This document shows positions 27,993-43,316 of a stretch of DNA of 64,000 nucleotides, piece after piece; position 1 is the stretch's first letter; every line of letters begins with the position of its first letter. The stretch comes from the human T2T-CHM13v2.0 reference genome, Homo sapiens, in the NCBI GenBank assembly GCA_009914755.4, contig CP068257.2:16704001-16768000 (forward strand), written 5' to 3'. The position numbers were made by a program, and so were the translations under genes. The notes below the pieces were generated by a model. The model made no database searches and was not told where the DNA came from. It saw only the letters and a program-made list of their open reading frames with translations.

Positions 27993-29861
27993 CTTTAAAA
28001 AATAACTGAAATTAATTTCCAATTGATGAGATATGTACAATGTTTAAATATTTAATAGGCCTTTTTGCCACTGGGGTTCTTACTTATAAGTATGTTCTTC
28101 AACTGCCATAGGAATATTTATTTCATTTGCAAATCAATCATTTGTAAAATTAGAGCATTTTAAATTTTGAAATTTCATGTGGGGCAATTTTGGAAAGCTT
28201 ATCACATCATCTGCAACATCTAGCAGCCACTTCATTTACTCATAAGCTTATTATTTGAAAATATAGTGGCTTAAGTCAAGGTTTCCATTCTGTAGAGTAC
28301 ATTTACCAACCAAAGTCATTTTAAAGTAAGATAAGCACTTAAAATTCCCAGTGCATTGTGACATTGAACAATGAAGAAACCTAATAGCTATTTCTGTTCA
28401 GTATCTCTTTGTTCCTTGGGTCAGAGATTCTTAGGGGGTACACTGTAAACACACCCCTGCGGGGTTTCATGCCATCTTCTGGAGGGTATCCGAAAAACTT
28501 GCACCTCTCAGCCTGACTTGTCCTTCACTTGCCCCACTTTCATAAACTTAAGTCTAGAGATGCACCAAGAAACACATTTTACTTCTAGAAATTAACTTGG
28601 GAAGTTTAAGAGCAATTCTGAAAATAAGCCATATTCTTATATGCCTACAAGATAAAGACTTTTAAAAAAAATTTTTAGGCCAGTGTGGAAATTTGAATAC
28701 TTCTGCCTCTGAATATAACAACAATGATGGTGAAAAGTTTTGGAACTCTTTAACTCATCAGCATTTTTTTTTCTTTTTGGTTGTTGTTCTTAATCTTAAA
28801 GCCAGAACTGTATTGCCATCTGCTGGGTTTTCAAAATATGAAAATCTGAAATTTCTCCTTCTGCTCTATAAAATTAATTGGAAAATAAAAATGCCCATGT
28901 CAATGAATCTACTAAGTTACTTCTTAATTAAAAACTTTTATAGATTTTTGCTGAGTCTACATACAACTAAATTAGACATTTGTAACTGGCTGTAATTAAA
29001 ATGAATATAAACCAATGGGAAATTCATGGAACGCCCAACATCTAAAATTATAGGACAGAGTAAAGATCAAAGCCATTCTCAAATGATAGAGTACTCCCAT
29101 GTAGGAGAATAATAAATAATAATAAAAATATTATTTAATAAACTCAAATGCATATATTTGTTGATATTTAAGAGCTATTCATCAAAAGTCCTTAACCATT
29201 GAGTTATTAATCCAGAAAACACATATTTCATAGAATCTCATACATGCTTTATAAATAAATAAACCAAATAAAGCACTATACTTAAAACTGTGTCTTATTT
29301 TACAAGTAGCTAATAGAATTCCAAGTATTCAGCATTTCAAAGATGAATTTGGGATACAGCTAGGAACATATATCACTTTGGCTGTCCTAATGCTTCTCAT
29401 GGGAGCTCCACTTCCTGATGTATCACATCTCTGTTCAGTATCTGTTGAACTCTTGATTAGACCCCAAAACCACACCAGCAAGTCATACCACTTGGACTTG
29501 ACTGATCTCATGATTAATCATTTATTGACCCCACAAGTATTTATTTTGTACACATTTTTGTCATGGAATTTTAAGAGACAGAGATAAAAGAATGAGTAAG
29601 GCAGAGCCTCTCTCTTTTTATGAAGCTTCAAGTTAAGTGGGGGGAAATTGTTTATGTACAAATTATATTTTAAAGAGAGATTTAAAAAGTGCTATGGGGG
29701 CATCAAAGTTTAAGCAATTAGTTTCCTTCTAAGGCAAGAATTAAAGACATTTTTACAGAAATGGTCATATTTCAATTAGTTTTTGATGTACACCTAGAAA
29801 GGCACCAGGAGGAGAGAGATATGGAATGTATTTAGTGATGTGTGAAGAGTACATCAATAGG

Positions 29862-30173
<312 letters not shown>

Positions 30174-33100
30174 AGAGTACATCAATATATGAGAAACAGA
30201 TGAGTCTCACTAACATAGATGGTGGGATGTTTATGGAAGGCATAGTAGGAAGGCAGTTTGGTACCAGATTCTAGGAAACCTTTTTATCTTTGTTAAGTGT
30301 TAGAAATACTTTTCAATAGGTGATGGCATTGGAAGATTTTACATATATCTGCAATATGATCAGTCCATGTTTCATAAAGGCAATTGTTGGACCATGTGAA
30401 ACACCACTTGAATAAGACCACTCGAGAAGCAGTTTCAATGGTCCACATGAAAGATGAGGGCTAGAACTCTCACAATGGCAGAGGAGATGGGACATGGACT
30501 CAATTACTACTTTACAGGTAAAATTGATGAGCTTCAGTGACTACGTTTGCTTCTGAACAAGATTAGTGGAGGTGAAGAATGGGATGCTAAGGAATTGGCA
30601 GTTGAATTACTGAAAAGGCCATTTGGGTTACTAATGGCCATTAGTCGCAATAGTGATTATGAGATGAACAAATTGTGGGGTTAGAAACTTGAGTCTAGTT
30701 GGAAGTATTTTGAATTTAAGTTGGAATATTAGGTATTGTTTTAAGTTGCACTCTGTCTCTCTCCAAACTATTTCATAAACATTCTTCAACTGACTTGGTC
30801 CATGAGGAAACAGAAGTTTTCTGTATTAAAACTAGTATGAAAAATATGAATGTGATTCTTATGCAATGGTAGTGAGTTTTAAAATTTTTGTCAAATTGTA
30901 TTTTTACTGAGTCTTCTCTCACTCTTTCATTTCCTACATGAATATATATTATTACAATTTCTAAGAAAAATCATCAATTAAAACATTAGCTGTTATACCC
31001 AGCCAGATGCCAGTTTAATTTAAATGGTTTTGCACTCTCAAACTAGAATTATTGACTTCAGTATTACTTGGTTTGTATTTCATTACTTAATTTTTGTTCT
31101 AATATTTCTTTTTTTCTAAGAAGTCTGTACCAAATTGTGTTCCCAACAGAAAATTTTTAGGAAAGGAGTTTATCAATTCTAGTTAAAGAAAAGTAAATGA
31201 AGAGAATAATAATTGGTTTCATTTATTAAAAGCTAATCAAATTTCCTTCATATTAGGCATTATTAACTCAGTGGGAAAAAGTGCACTTGTTTTCTGTAAT
31301 CTATGTGGTATTTTACCTTCAGGACACTAACTTTTGACATATTATGAAAACACACCAGTAGATTAGTATTACTTGGAATTCTGCAAATAGGCTTTAATTA
31401 TTCATTTGTATTGTAACATGAAGAATTCGGTATACACTCAAAGATGATTATTTCAGAGTGATCCAATGTCCAAAAAATTTCCAGTGATTTGACATTAGGA
31501 ACCTCCTGTGCCTACGGAGAGCAGGCTCTGTGCTAGGCATCATGGAGAGTAAAAAGACTAAAATCCATTATTTTTCGCCTTCCAAATAATTTGTAAGAGA
31601 TGTTACATACAACATGAGTAAATTGAAACCATGGTTTGGAAATCATAGATTTTTATTGTCCCTACAATTTGAAAAGGGATAATAGTACTTGGTGGCCAAA
31701 ACTGGTTAAGACAAATTAAGCTCAAGATCCTGATAGCTTACTCAATAGGAAAAGCAGAATCTTCATCCATGAATGTTTGCCTTTAGAGGCCAGTGTTATT
31801 TCACTATGTTATATTGGAAAATAGATATCACCTTACAGAAATTCTCATTTACTGTGTAGAACAAATCTAGTTTTTTTTTTTTAAATTTTATTGTAAGCAA
31901 GACTATGTCTTTTCAATCCAAATGAAATTATTGGTAGAAAGATTCTTAGTAGTCTTGATACCATGTGAGTAGGAACGTCTTAAATTAGAGGAGAGTGCTT
32001 AGCAATATATAAATATTCTTTTCTCAAATGCAGAAAAAGAACGATTCCTAAAGTCACAATACCTTTGGTATCAGGTAAAATCTCTGCATCTCAGTCTTGA
32101 AGTAATTAAATCGAGGAAAATAATTCTACCTTGAGTTGTTTTGGCCCAATTTCATGTTTTTCACTAAATCAACCAGTTATTCTTTTCCTCCAATTCTCAA
32201 ACTCTTTCACATAGTGGAATGGTAGCAAGATTACATTTTTTATGAGATTGAGAAAGCCCATGACAGTGAAACTTTTGTTTTCTGCGGCTATTGCTGTAAG
32301 TAACAGTAAAGGACTAGAACAAGCTGTAGTGTAGAAATCCCTCAAACACGGGAGCAATTGCCAAAACACCCCCTCTAGGCACGCTGTAGCACTCCAGAAA
32401 TTAATCCGTGTAATGTCACCTCAGTTCCAGTCCTTCTCCTCTAGTGTTCTAAGTGGGTTAGTAAAGCTTAAAAGTAATTGGCAACAAAAGCAGCTGAATG
32501 ATAGAGCATAATCCTCATGGACTTTGTACCGTTATCACAAAAAATTCTCTTTGGCAGAATTTATAACGGCACTAATATCAGGTATATGATGCATGCATCT
32601 GTTGATTTTTCTCAAACTCTGTCTTCCAGGCATATAAAAATGAGAATAAACTTAACATCCCTGAAAGGCATATTCATAGTAAATTACTGCTTGGAAAATG
32701 CAGTTTTCATGTTTAATTGCCTCGTTCCCTTCTATAAATACATAGTATCTTGCCGTATGAGAGGAATAAACGGCAAGGATGACTGGGCATTTATGTAGTA
32801 CATGGATTCACTAATAAGAAAAAGAATATGATATTTCACCACCTACTTACCTTATAACAATAGTTTGAGAATTGATTAAGGTAATCCAATACAGTCTCTG
32901 ATAACGGAGAATGTTTAGAAACAAAGTTTTTTTGGAGAAATAAAAGTTCAGATCAAAATGAGCATTACCCAGTATAATAATCGTGTTTTAAATTTAGGGT
33001 TTTTTATGAATCTTTTAAAGAAAGTATCCAAATAGTTGTTTTGTTCAATTCTGTTTCATCAAACTCAGAAGGGGGAAGGAGTAGGGATCTAATATTGGCA

Positions 33101-34951
33101 TTGTTCCTCCTGCTCCTTCTCAGTGGGAGTCACCATGTTGACGATGGTACAGTGGTATCTGTATTATCTCTCTTTCAATTCTCATGATCATCCCCTAAGA
33201 AATATATTTTAATCTCCTTTTCAGATAATAAATATAAAGTTCAAATAGGCTAGATAGCTTGCCAAATACATATAGACTGATTGTTGAAATTAGGTAATGC
33301 GTGAATTCACCCACGTCTTTTTAGTGATTGAGAATGTATGTTACTTGTTGATCTTTATTTTCACTATCAATTATACATAATGTGAAAGACAGGGCTAAGT
33401 GTACACTGCCCCCCATTTCTGTAGTTTACATGTAGAAGAGAAGATTTCTGCTCCACTCATCAGGAGAGAAAAATATGGGTGGCATACTTTCCCATGCTCT
33501 CTGACCCCTCATTCATCATTTCCTTCTTTGTCCAGAGAAAATTGGGCAGATGTTTCAGCCAATTCTTTATACTTTTAACAGGTATGTCTTCAGAATAGTA
33601 AAGGAGAAAACCTTCTTTTAAGTCCAGTGCTTTCTGGCTTTATTTGAAACACTGTTTCTACCTAATTCATTGTACATATTACTATTAGGACATTTTATAC
33701 AACTAAGAGGGCCTTAATGACTTTGAATTAGATTAATCATTTGATGAACCAATAAACAAATAGAAAAATGGCATTAATCTGGATACTTGTTACTGGCTTT
33801 CAAGGTTTTAGGAGCACATTTTTCAAAATATATTTAGCTTACTTATTCAGTTTATTTTTAAACCAAAAGAATTAACCATTATCAATCCCAAAAGCATTTG
33901 TTCAAAAGTGTGTTGGAAGGGGATTTGAGAGGCTGTAAATAATTTTCCATGTTAGAGACAGGAATGTGGGCTCAGTGGCAGGCTTTCTTTTGTTTTTTGT
34001 CAATATGTTGTGGTGCTGTTTGGATATAACCTAAATACAACTGCAGAAAGGCTTATTCTATCATAACAGACCTTTGTGGGTTTTAGAATTGTGATGGCTT
34101 GTTTCCTAAAGCATTTTGATTGATTCATGTATTGCTTTGCTTTTCAAATATTACACCAACAATTTTTATGCAAGAATCCTTTATCCTTGCCAAGAATGGC
34201 TTTTATAATTTTACAAATGTTTTCCCTCTATGTATATAATATTTGATGTAAATTTTAATAATATAACATGGTAGTGATATTGTTGGGAGCTGACTGAAGA
34301 TCTACAATATTGCCTTTATTGAATTTACTTAAAGGGATTAGTGACACACCCAGGACATTTTATATGAAGATTAAGTTATGACCAGAGAAGGTATTTTAGC
34401 TGATTGACAGAAGCACAGCAGACAATTCCTAGAAATACAGAGAAATTGGCACACCAAAGATACATACTGAGAGTTGGCACAAAGTAGATACTTAAAAAAA
34501 ATTCCTGAATGAATGAATGAATCCAAGGCTACTTTGGTTCTGCTTTGGCCACAAGTGCTGTGTTAACAGGAGAAAGCAAGCATGTCTAACTTGTATGCAG
34601 AGATAATAATCAAAGGAAAAAAAATCCCTAATATCTGATAAAATCTGCTTCCTTAGTTGAAACCTTTTGATACTACTGGTGATATTCTTATCAACAGGTA
34701 ATCACAGTTCTGTTAATAATAGACAGAGGATAAAAGTGAAATCTGAGAACTCAGGCATTAGCCCTAAATATGTTGTTTACTGTGGTGAAATCCAGGGCTA
34801 AAACTGCAGACTTTTATGCTCTTGATTTCTTGTCTATAAAATAGGCACAATATTTATTGCTAAGGCACCAGAGACTTCTCAGGGGCCTAAAATAAAATGT
34901 ATAAGAGAAAACTTTCTTTCAAAAAATAATAATAATATTATTAAAACTGAC

Positions 34952-34987
34952 CTGGAGTTGCCAGATGACTGGTGGTTGTTAGCTTGT
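34952..34987 (-). CDS. TMPRSS15: TMPRSS15 exon 5, a 36-nt micro-exon encoding (D)KLTTTSHLATP(G), the linker between SEA and LDLa.
   Basis: The reverse complement reads acaagctaacaaccaccagtcatctggcaactccag. The acceptor is atttatttttcag|ac and the donor is ccag|gtcagt. Both phases match the neighbouring exons exactly. Confidence 0.88.
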
Positions 34988-35832
34988 CTGAAAAATAAAT
35001 TATATTAAAATAATTATTACCTATTTTAAACTAATTACCAGGAATTTATTGTATATTCATTCTGTATAATAATTAACCTAAGAATTTTAAAAGTTATTAC
35101 GCATTATTAGTGTCCATTTAGAAGTATGTCATTTGTATTTGGATTTAAAAATAAATCTTTTATGTTTTTGATGATTTTTAGAGTTGTAGCACAGAGGTTT
35201 TTAGATTTTTAACTCCTCTTTTATTTTCTAACTAAAGAAGACAAGGTTATTCAATGATCAATAACTAAATGCGAGGATTCATTAATCTCATAATGACCAT
35301 AGACGTAAATGTTCCAGGTTAATTTGATGTTATATGAAAGAGAAGCGTGGGATATGCTTAGACCATGGGCTTTGGAATCAGGAGGAATTGCTTTTGATTT
35401 CTGAGTTTGACACTTAGTACCTGTGTGACCCTGGGCATGTTACTTATTATTTAATTTATTCTTTCAAATAGAAAAGTATTACGACCTCTCTACAAAATCA
35501 TTCTGATAATTGAAATAGGTCATGTTTGTAAAATATAGTACCTGGCTAAAGAGGATGCCTTAAAAAATAAGACTTCAAGTCTTATAAAAATTGTCATGAT
35601 TACTATACCAAAAGTAATATCTTCATAGTTTCATAATTATGAAGTTTGAAATTGTAGCTTGAAAGATGGGATGAAGAAAATGCTGGAATAGAGTAGTTAA
35701 CATAAAGTCTGAATTCTCCTTTCCAAAGTGAAATATATTCTGAAAGTGGTCTTTCTTTATCTCACCCTTAGTGACCTCCCAAGTGCCATAGCTTCATCAC
35801 CAAGGCACCATGATTTGGAGCCGTTTATGGAG

Positions 35833-35835
35833 ATG

Positions 35836-35879
<44 letters not shown>

Positions 35880-35960
35880 ATATATCTCTCATATGTAACA
35901 CACACACTCATATATCTCTCATATGTAACACACACACACTCATATATCTCTCATATATAT
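35833..35960. repeat. (CA)22 followed by about 2.7 copies of a 32-bp unit (ctcatatatctctcatatgtaacacacacact).
   Basis: Direct reading. Confidence 0.9.
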
Positions 35961-38813
35961 TTGTATATAAAGTTTAAAATATGAAAGGAACATTGAAATT
36001 GGAAATGTATATCCTTGGCATAAGTGATGAGGCATTAGGAACATTGTAATATTACGAATTATGTTATTCCTAACCAATATAAGCTTCTTACAACTTGATA
36101 TGAAGACTGAATGCCTCAGAAATAGCTGCAAGAAAAAAATGTATATTTTCCTAGGTGATAGAGTTTGATGATCACTAAGTTGTATTTTTAAAAGTGCCAT
36201 AAACACTGACCTGAAGTTGTTGCAGGGCTTACTGTAGAAAAATTCTCCAAAGATGCTGGAATAACGTAAAGTTGATTTAACACATGAGTTTATGATATAA
36301 ATACATTACAAAACATTGAGTACACCTTGAATATTCATTCAAAGGGCATCTGATCCTTTGGAGTTCCTATTTTATCCTCTGCCATGCTAAGCCTTCCTAT
36401 TCATTATTTGGTTGTAATACATTTGATAAATTTCCAGAGTCTGCATATTCTCTCTATGCAGTTTACTTATGCAAAAAGTTTGCTTTATTTTATATCTATT
36501 TAAGAAAGATATCCGTTTATTAATCATAGTTCTATAGAATAATTTACATTTGAGCCAACTAATATAACATGATACGCCACATCTTGGCATACCTAGAACC
36601 ACTTGTTTTACACTAAAACATATGAAGGTAACAATTGCAAAACAATCTTTCACATAATGAATATTTCCTTGGAACTAAGTGGTATATAAGTAAAAAGTGC
36701 TTTGCACATAGAAGACAAAAGCTGGCAATTTTCTTCAAACTTTAACATGTTTGATAGTTTTAAAAGGATAGACTCACCTATGCAAGATATAAAGGAAATC
36801 AAAGCATATCTCATGAAAAGTCATGTGGTGAATTTGTTTTTATTCAAGACTATATTGATGATAAGTGGGCTAAGAAGTATATTCGTTTCTACTAACTAGG
36901 TGGTTTATTTCAGCATTTCATCATTTTTGAATTGTGTTGGTTCTATAAAACCTATTGAAGTTTTGTAAATGATACATGGTAGAGTGTTGACACTGAAGAT
37001 AAAATAAAATTTATGTGACTTTTCATAAATAATATGGTTAAATTTTTTATGTTTGACAGTGTATTATACACAACTTCAAGATATCTATGTAATTCTTAAC
37101 TAAATTTAAAACTATAAATTTGAAAATTCACATGATACAAATGGATATTAAACTGAAATACCTACAATTAACTTGGTACCGTGTTTATAAATGTGTTTTA
37201 ACACAATTCAACAAGTTAAATGTAACTTCTACTTGTTGAGAATATTCTTGGGCTGATGTTGTAAAACAGTTTATTACATTTGTGGTACTAATTCTAAATT
37301 AACTCAAAGGATATGGTTTCATTGAATAAACATTTAATTTTAAAAATCACAAACTCTCTTCCCCCAGATGATCCAAATATAGGAAATCGTGAAAAAAAGT
37401 TTCAGCATATCTGTCAATTTGCTTGCCAGAACAGACCATCAGAAACCAATGCACATTCAAATAGAGATAGTAAGATGACAACTTTGGGGCCTGTTGGAGG
37501 ATGGGCGGTGGGAGGAGGCAGAGAATGAGGAGAAATAACTAACAGGTGCTAGGCTTAATAACTGGGTGATAAAATAATCTATACAACAAACTCCCATGAC
37601 ACAAGTTTACCTATATAACAAACCTGTATATGTACCCTGAAAAGTTAAAAAATAAAAAATGAAAATATTCATTTTTCCATGCCAAAAAAGAAAAATGACT
37701 ATGAAAAAAATCAACTAAAATTGTTCAAAGATAAAAACATTACAAACAAACTAGTATAAAGGTTAAGAGGGCAGACATTAGGATCAGACCACAGAGGTCA
37801 GAATGCCTAAGTCTAAATGACTGTGTGAAAAAGGCCATTTACCAAAAGTATCTGTGTTTTGGTCTTCTCCCTGATTGGGGGATAGTAATGACATCACATA
37901 AGAGGATTAATGTAGAGAGTAAAAATGTTGATAGATAAACCACCTGTTCTAGCTAATAATAGCCAGTAGTAGTTTTCAGCTCATCTGAATCAAAGATTTA
38001 AAATAGACAGTCTCTGCTCAAACAGCTGTGACATGGGTCCAAACCATCAGTAGAGGAAGGACTAAGAATTTATCTTCTTGCTGAACAGCAGCTGCAACAT
38101 GTTGCAGGAGACTCAATCAAAGAGGAAACTATGCTTGATGAAACAATGCTCTGAAGAGAAGCAACTAGAGATCTACAATCTCATATCTACTATTAGAAAA
38201 TAAACAAAGAAAACTCCTGGATGTTTTTATGTATTTGATTTAGAGGCAAACATACCGATTGATCTCATTTTGTAGCAAAAATTAGTTGAACTAATTAAAT
38301 AGTTAGGCTATTTAGAGTTTCTCTTTATTCCCCTCGGTGTAGATATTTATGTATTGGCTAACTTTCTAACATCCAAAAATTTCGGAATTCCAAAATGTAT
38401 TTGGTCCCAAGGTTTATGGGTAAGGGATTGAATCTGGATGACCTTGGCAAATTACTACTGTTCTCAACAATACTCAATAAGGACACTGTGTTTGTTGAAT
38501 TGAATTGAATGAAGGATAATTAGAATGGAAAATTTGGAACAATCTAAGCATTTACAATCGTATTTTTTATTATTTTTGATGTTCCATATTTCTTCTTTTT
38601 TGGTTTATTCTTATGTTAAAATTATTTATCATTTTAAAAATTAATACTTAATTTTTATAAATAGGTAACTGGAAGGGATCAAACTCATTGACTCTACTTT
38701 TTTCTTCTTTTTTTAGCTCCTCAATTAGAAATCGGACCTTGCCACTGGATTTTACAATCTAACAATGTCTAGAGAGAGTTCCTGAAGTCAGGGTGTGCTT
38801 GAACGGTGCAAAG

Positions 38814-39088
38814 AATGCGTAAGACCCACAAACTTCTGTGCATGCCAACACTCTCAGAATCTCCTTGGAATGCATAAGACCCACAAACTTCCGTGCATGC
38901 CAACACTCTCAGAATCTCCTTGGAATGCATAAGACCCACAAACTTCTGTGCATGCCAACACTCTCAGAATCTCCTTGGAATGCATAAGACCCACAAACTT
39001 CTGTGCATGCCAACACTCTCAGAATCTCCTTGGAATGCATAAGACCCACAAACTTCTGTGCATGCCAACACTCTCAGAATCTCCTTGA
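38814..39088. repeat. Minisatellite or VNTR of 55 bp x 5.0 copies with 2 mismatches in total. The unit is aatgcataagacccacaaacttctgtgcatgccaacactctcagaatctccttgg. It lies in intron 4, 209 nt downstream of the exon 4 donor.
   Basis: Unit starts counted at 38814, 38869, 38924, 38979 and 39034. The only differences are g/a in copy 1 and t/c in copy 2. ORF-track entry 39003..39242(+) runs partly through the repeat array. Confidence 0.95.
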
Positions 39089-39297
39089 TATTTGGTATTT
39101 TATAAACTTTTTCTCATTGATAAGTTTCTTCAAATGCGGTTTCTTCAGATTTCACTTTTCTCATGTAAATGTGTCACCTCAGGCAATAAGACATGTTCCT
39201 AAGGTCAAGCATGATTCCACTTCCTCCCTGGTATATTGCTAGAATTTTAATTTCATAGCTTAATGATTCAAAGAAATCAAATAATGTTCACACATAC

Positions 39298-39449
39298 CTA
39301 GGATATCAACGCTGTTCAAATCAATATGGAAAGTGACCAGTTGGCTGGATTTATTTGCTTCAAGGCCTTGAATCAGTTCTTCTTTTACATTTTCATCTGA
39401 CACCCACTGGGCAAAGAAAAGGTCAAATACGACTATAATGCTGCCATTT
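39298..39449 (-). CDS. TMPRSS15: TMPRSS15 exon 4, 152 nt, encoding the SEA domain core (E)NGSIIVVFDLFFAQWVSDENVKEELIQGLEANKSSQLVTFHIDLNSVDIL.
   Basis: The exon is visible in ORF-track entry 39260..39511(-). The acceptor is gctttgcag|aaatggcagc and the donor is atcctag|gtatgtg. Phase is 2 in and 1 out. Confidence 0.95.
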
Positions 39450-41418
39450 CTGCAAAGCAAAAGAGGATATAAGAGGAAAAAGTCAGCCATCTTCCACTGA
39501 TTTGTGTTCAATTCATGTTAAATGTCTTTGAAATTCTCTATAGTTATCATCTTGCTAATTCTCATTATACCTGTGTAAGGTAGTCACTTCAAATCTTATC
39601 TTTATTTCATGAGGGAAAGAAAAAGTGAATTGAAAGACTAAATGCTTTTTTGAGAAGAGAAACTCCAAAGTAGATGCAAAATTGAAATCTGAGTTTTCTG
39701 AGTTCCACGTTCAAGTACTCATCCCCAGGCCAGGATGTTCCTGAGACCCTTGTGTTAAAATCACGTGGTCTCTTTGCACTTACTCTGATTTTACTGTTTG
39801 GAGAAAAGAAGGGTATGGATTTGTAGTTTTTCATGGATAATTTCTAAGTTGGGGGAAATCTAAGGTAGTTTCACTGGTTTCAAAGAAAATTTTTCTACAT
39901 AGTTTTAAAAGGCCTGATAGCAAGCTTATGGCAACTAATCTATATCTCCCTCTTCTTCTCTATTTTGCTTAATATAAAATATCAAAATATGCCCTGATTT
40001 CAAGGGATAGAAAGAAAACAAGGGTATCTGGGTCTATTAGGGATTCACAAGAAATTCAATCTCAGGTCCATGAGTCGGGATTGTCTTGCCTGCATGATCT
40101 CCAAACATAGCATTAGAGTTCAGCCATATAGCCCTAATCATCTTCCCCCTTGATTTTATCCCCTGCTCTGTACCATGCATTTTAAAAGGTAACTTTTTTT
40201 CAGTGTAAAGAAAGAGAAAAATGAATAAATTTTTGGTGAATAGGGATACTTGGGAGATTTTTGCCCTCCTGCTTACATTTCTATTTGCCATATGCTATCA
40301 TTTTAGGGTATGACCACTTGGGAGACAAACTATAGCTCTGATATTTATTCTATACCCCTCAATAAACTCTAGGCACTCACGGTATACTTGGCTGCTTAAG
40401 ACACAGACTAGGGCAAACTAAATTTTGCATGATATGTTTGCTGGTTTTGAATTATGGGAGTTATATATTCTTGTGATATATGTAAGTTTATGAGCTTGTT
40501 GAAGGATTTTCTCAAGTCCAGTAGAATTCTTTATTTATCTCTCCATCTATCTATCTTGATAGAACCTACAGTAAATGTTATTTTTTCTTCCATGACTGGA
40601 TATAGAACTAGAATATTCCTGAAAGATCACAGTAGATCAGCATCTCCACTAGGGGGAGTATATTCCTTCTTCGTGTCCATGGCACTATTCAGTTTCACAG
40701 TAATTCATTTCCAGGAAGCTGGTCTTTCATTTTTAAAATGAACAAGATGATATAATATTTTTGATATAATATTTTTATAATTCACATGTATTAAATAAAT
40801 TATATAAAATGATAGAAGGTTTAACTTTCTAATCATTTGCTTAAATTATAGTAGCCAAATCTTGTAAATGAGAAGGTTCCCTAGTAACTGTTTAGTTCAG
40901 GGTTTCCCAAACTTACCCATACATGAAATCACTGTTGTCCTTGGTAATGATACATTTCGTCACAGACACTACCTTTCATCTACTTTTCCACACTTGTGCT
41001 GGCTGGCTAACCCCTAATTTTACTGGAGAATAAACCTCCATTTTTTTTAGGAAAGGTGGCATCTTCTTTAACCATTCTTTATACCAAACATGGTTTTATT
41101 CGTGGGTGTATTACCTGGCCTTGGTCAACAGAATCTGAAGGGAAGACTAATGGAAACTTCTGGAAAACTTTTTTATATCTAATAAAAGAACAGCTCACAG
41201 TAGATTACCACCCTTCGTTGTTGAACATTATTAGGTCTACATAATTTGCTGAAACTGCCACATCTACCTTGAGACCATGAGTGAGGCCATGGTTGATAAG
41301 CCAAAGATAGCGTAGCAGAAGAAGGAAAGTACCCAAAGCCCTGACTATGTCATTGTCATTGTACTACTGAATTAACTTCCTTTAAAACCTCTAGATTTCT
41401 TGTGATGTCAGATAATAA

Positions 41419-41713
<295 letters not shown>

Positions 41714-43271
41714 AATAAACACTTATTTTTAAGGCACTTTTAGTCATGCATTCTGTTAATGGGAATTTTGAAAATTCTAACAAGCATACAACTGTCAGCC
41801 CCTATTCCATGTTTATATGAACAGAAGGTAATTACTCTATTTTTGAAGCTGAATATTGGCCAATATTTTCATTTTAGCAATGAGGACACTGAGGCTTAGA
41901 GTAATGTAGGTAACTTTGCCTAGGGTTATACAGCTTGTTAGTGTCAGAGATAGAAAAGAAACCTAGGGAATCTGTTTCCCTAATGTGTTTTTATATAATT
42001 CCCATCCCCCCACACTCAACAACACTTTTATCAATTCTATTCTGAACTATTTATCAGCAGGAAAGAGGCTACAGCACATTTACCCTAAAGGCATGTCCAG
42101 GTATTTTATTCTGTTGCATAGTTAGCAGAATTTTATATACAAATAGATGAAAAAAACAGCTGGTTGGATATTTTTGGGGAGAAGGGAAAGATATTTATTT
42201 CTGCAATACTTCCAAAAGATAGAGCACTGCCTTTTTTCCTCCTCCTCTTCTTCCTTCTTCTTTTCCTCCTACTCCTTTTTCTTTTTTACATTATGTCTTC
42301 CTAATCAACCTCACTTTCCAAGATAGTTAAATGGACAGGATTGATTGTGGTTAAAATGAAGTGAGAGTGAACAATATTAATTATTTTCTCTCTCTCCAAT
42401 CCCCCATCTTCATTTTATCTTTGGTTGCAGACCAGAAAACTTAAATTCTGATTAAATCTGTTTTATTTCTATGTAATTTCACCGGTTCAATTTGACTGAA
42501 CACTTGCTTTCATTTTATTTGAGTTACGGAGTAAAAGAGGTAAGGTATTTTGGGCAAAGAAAATACAAATCTGGAATTTTGCTTCACTGAGTTGAAAGTA
42601 ACTGGATTAGTTCATCCTCAGGCATAAAACATTTTTCTTTGAAAGGTGTGTTCTCTTAGTTGTGAATTATGCATTACATTTAATAATTTATACTTTGCAA
42701 GGATAGGAGTTGCATATCCTATATCCACATAAAGTTGTAGCCTTTAAAATTTATTTTCTTATTTAGTGGAAATGTTGAGATGAGAGAGATAAAGCAGAAA
42801 TAAAAAAAGTTGTAATAATCATTTGTGATTCACCTCATAAGAAAGCTGAAGCTGTTTAGTTGTTTAGTAATGAAATGAGAATTCTTCCTTTAGGTTAAAA
42901 AAAATGACCATTTTCATTTCAAAGTACTAGTCCTTGTAAAATAACAGTTTTTCTCTAAGGCAGAGAAATCCTACTATGGTACAGAAAGCTTGAGTATAAT
43001 AGAGCAAAATATTAGTTATCTCATATATTCCTTAATGATATTGGTAACCTTTAGGGCTGCTGAGTAAACAAGTCTTTCCTTTCCTAACTTTGTGGCTTAT
43101 CTGTGCTCAAAGGGCAAAAGAAACTGCATGTTGCCACAAAGGGTAAATAGTTCTTTATTAAAATAATCAAATGCTAAATGTTCTGGTGAAAGCACTTTCC
43201 ACAAAGCAGAATGAATGAAAGTATTCCCCAAATAGACCAAACCATTTGCTTACCCTGAAGAGTAGCTACAC

Positions 43272-43316
<45 letters not shown>

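Noticed and set aside
39003-39242. 79-aa + strand ORF
   Set aside because: Its 5' part reads through the 55-bp minisatellite. There are no splice or coding signals. The real exon here is on the other strand at 39298..39449.
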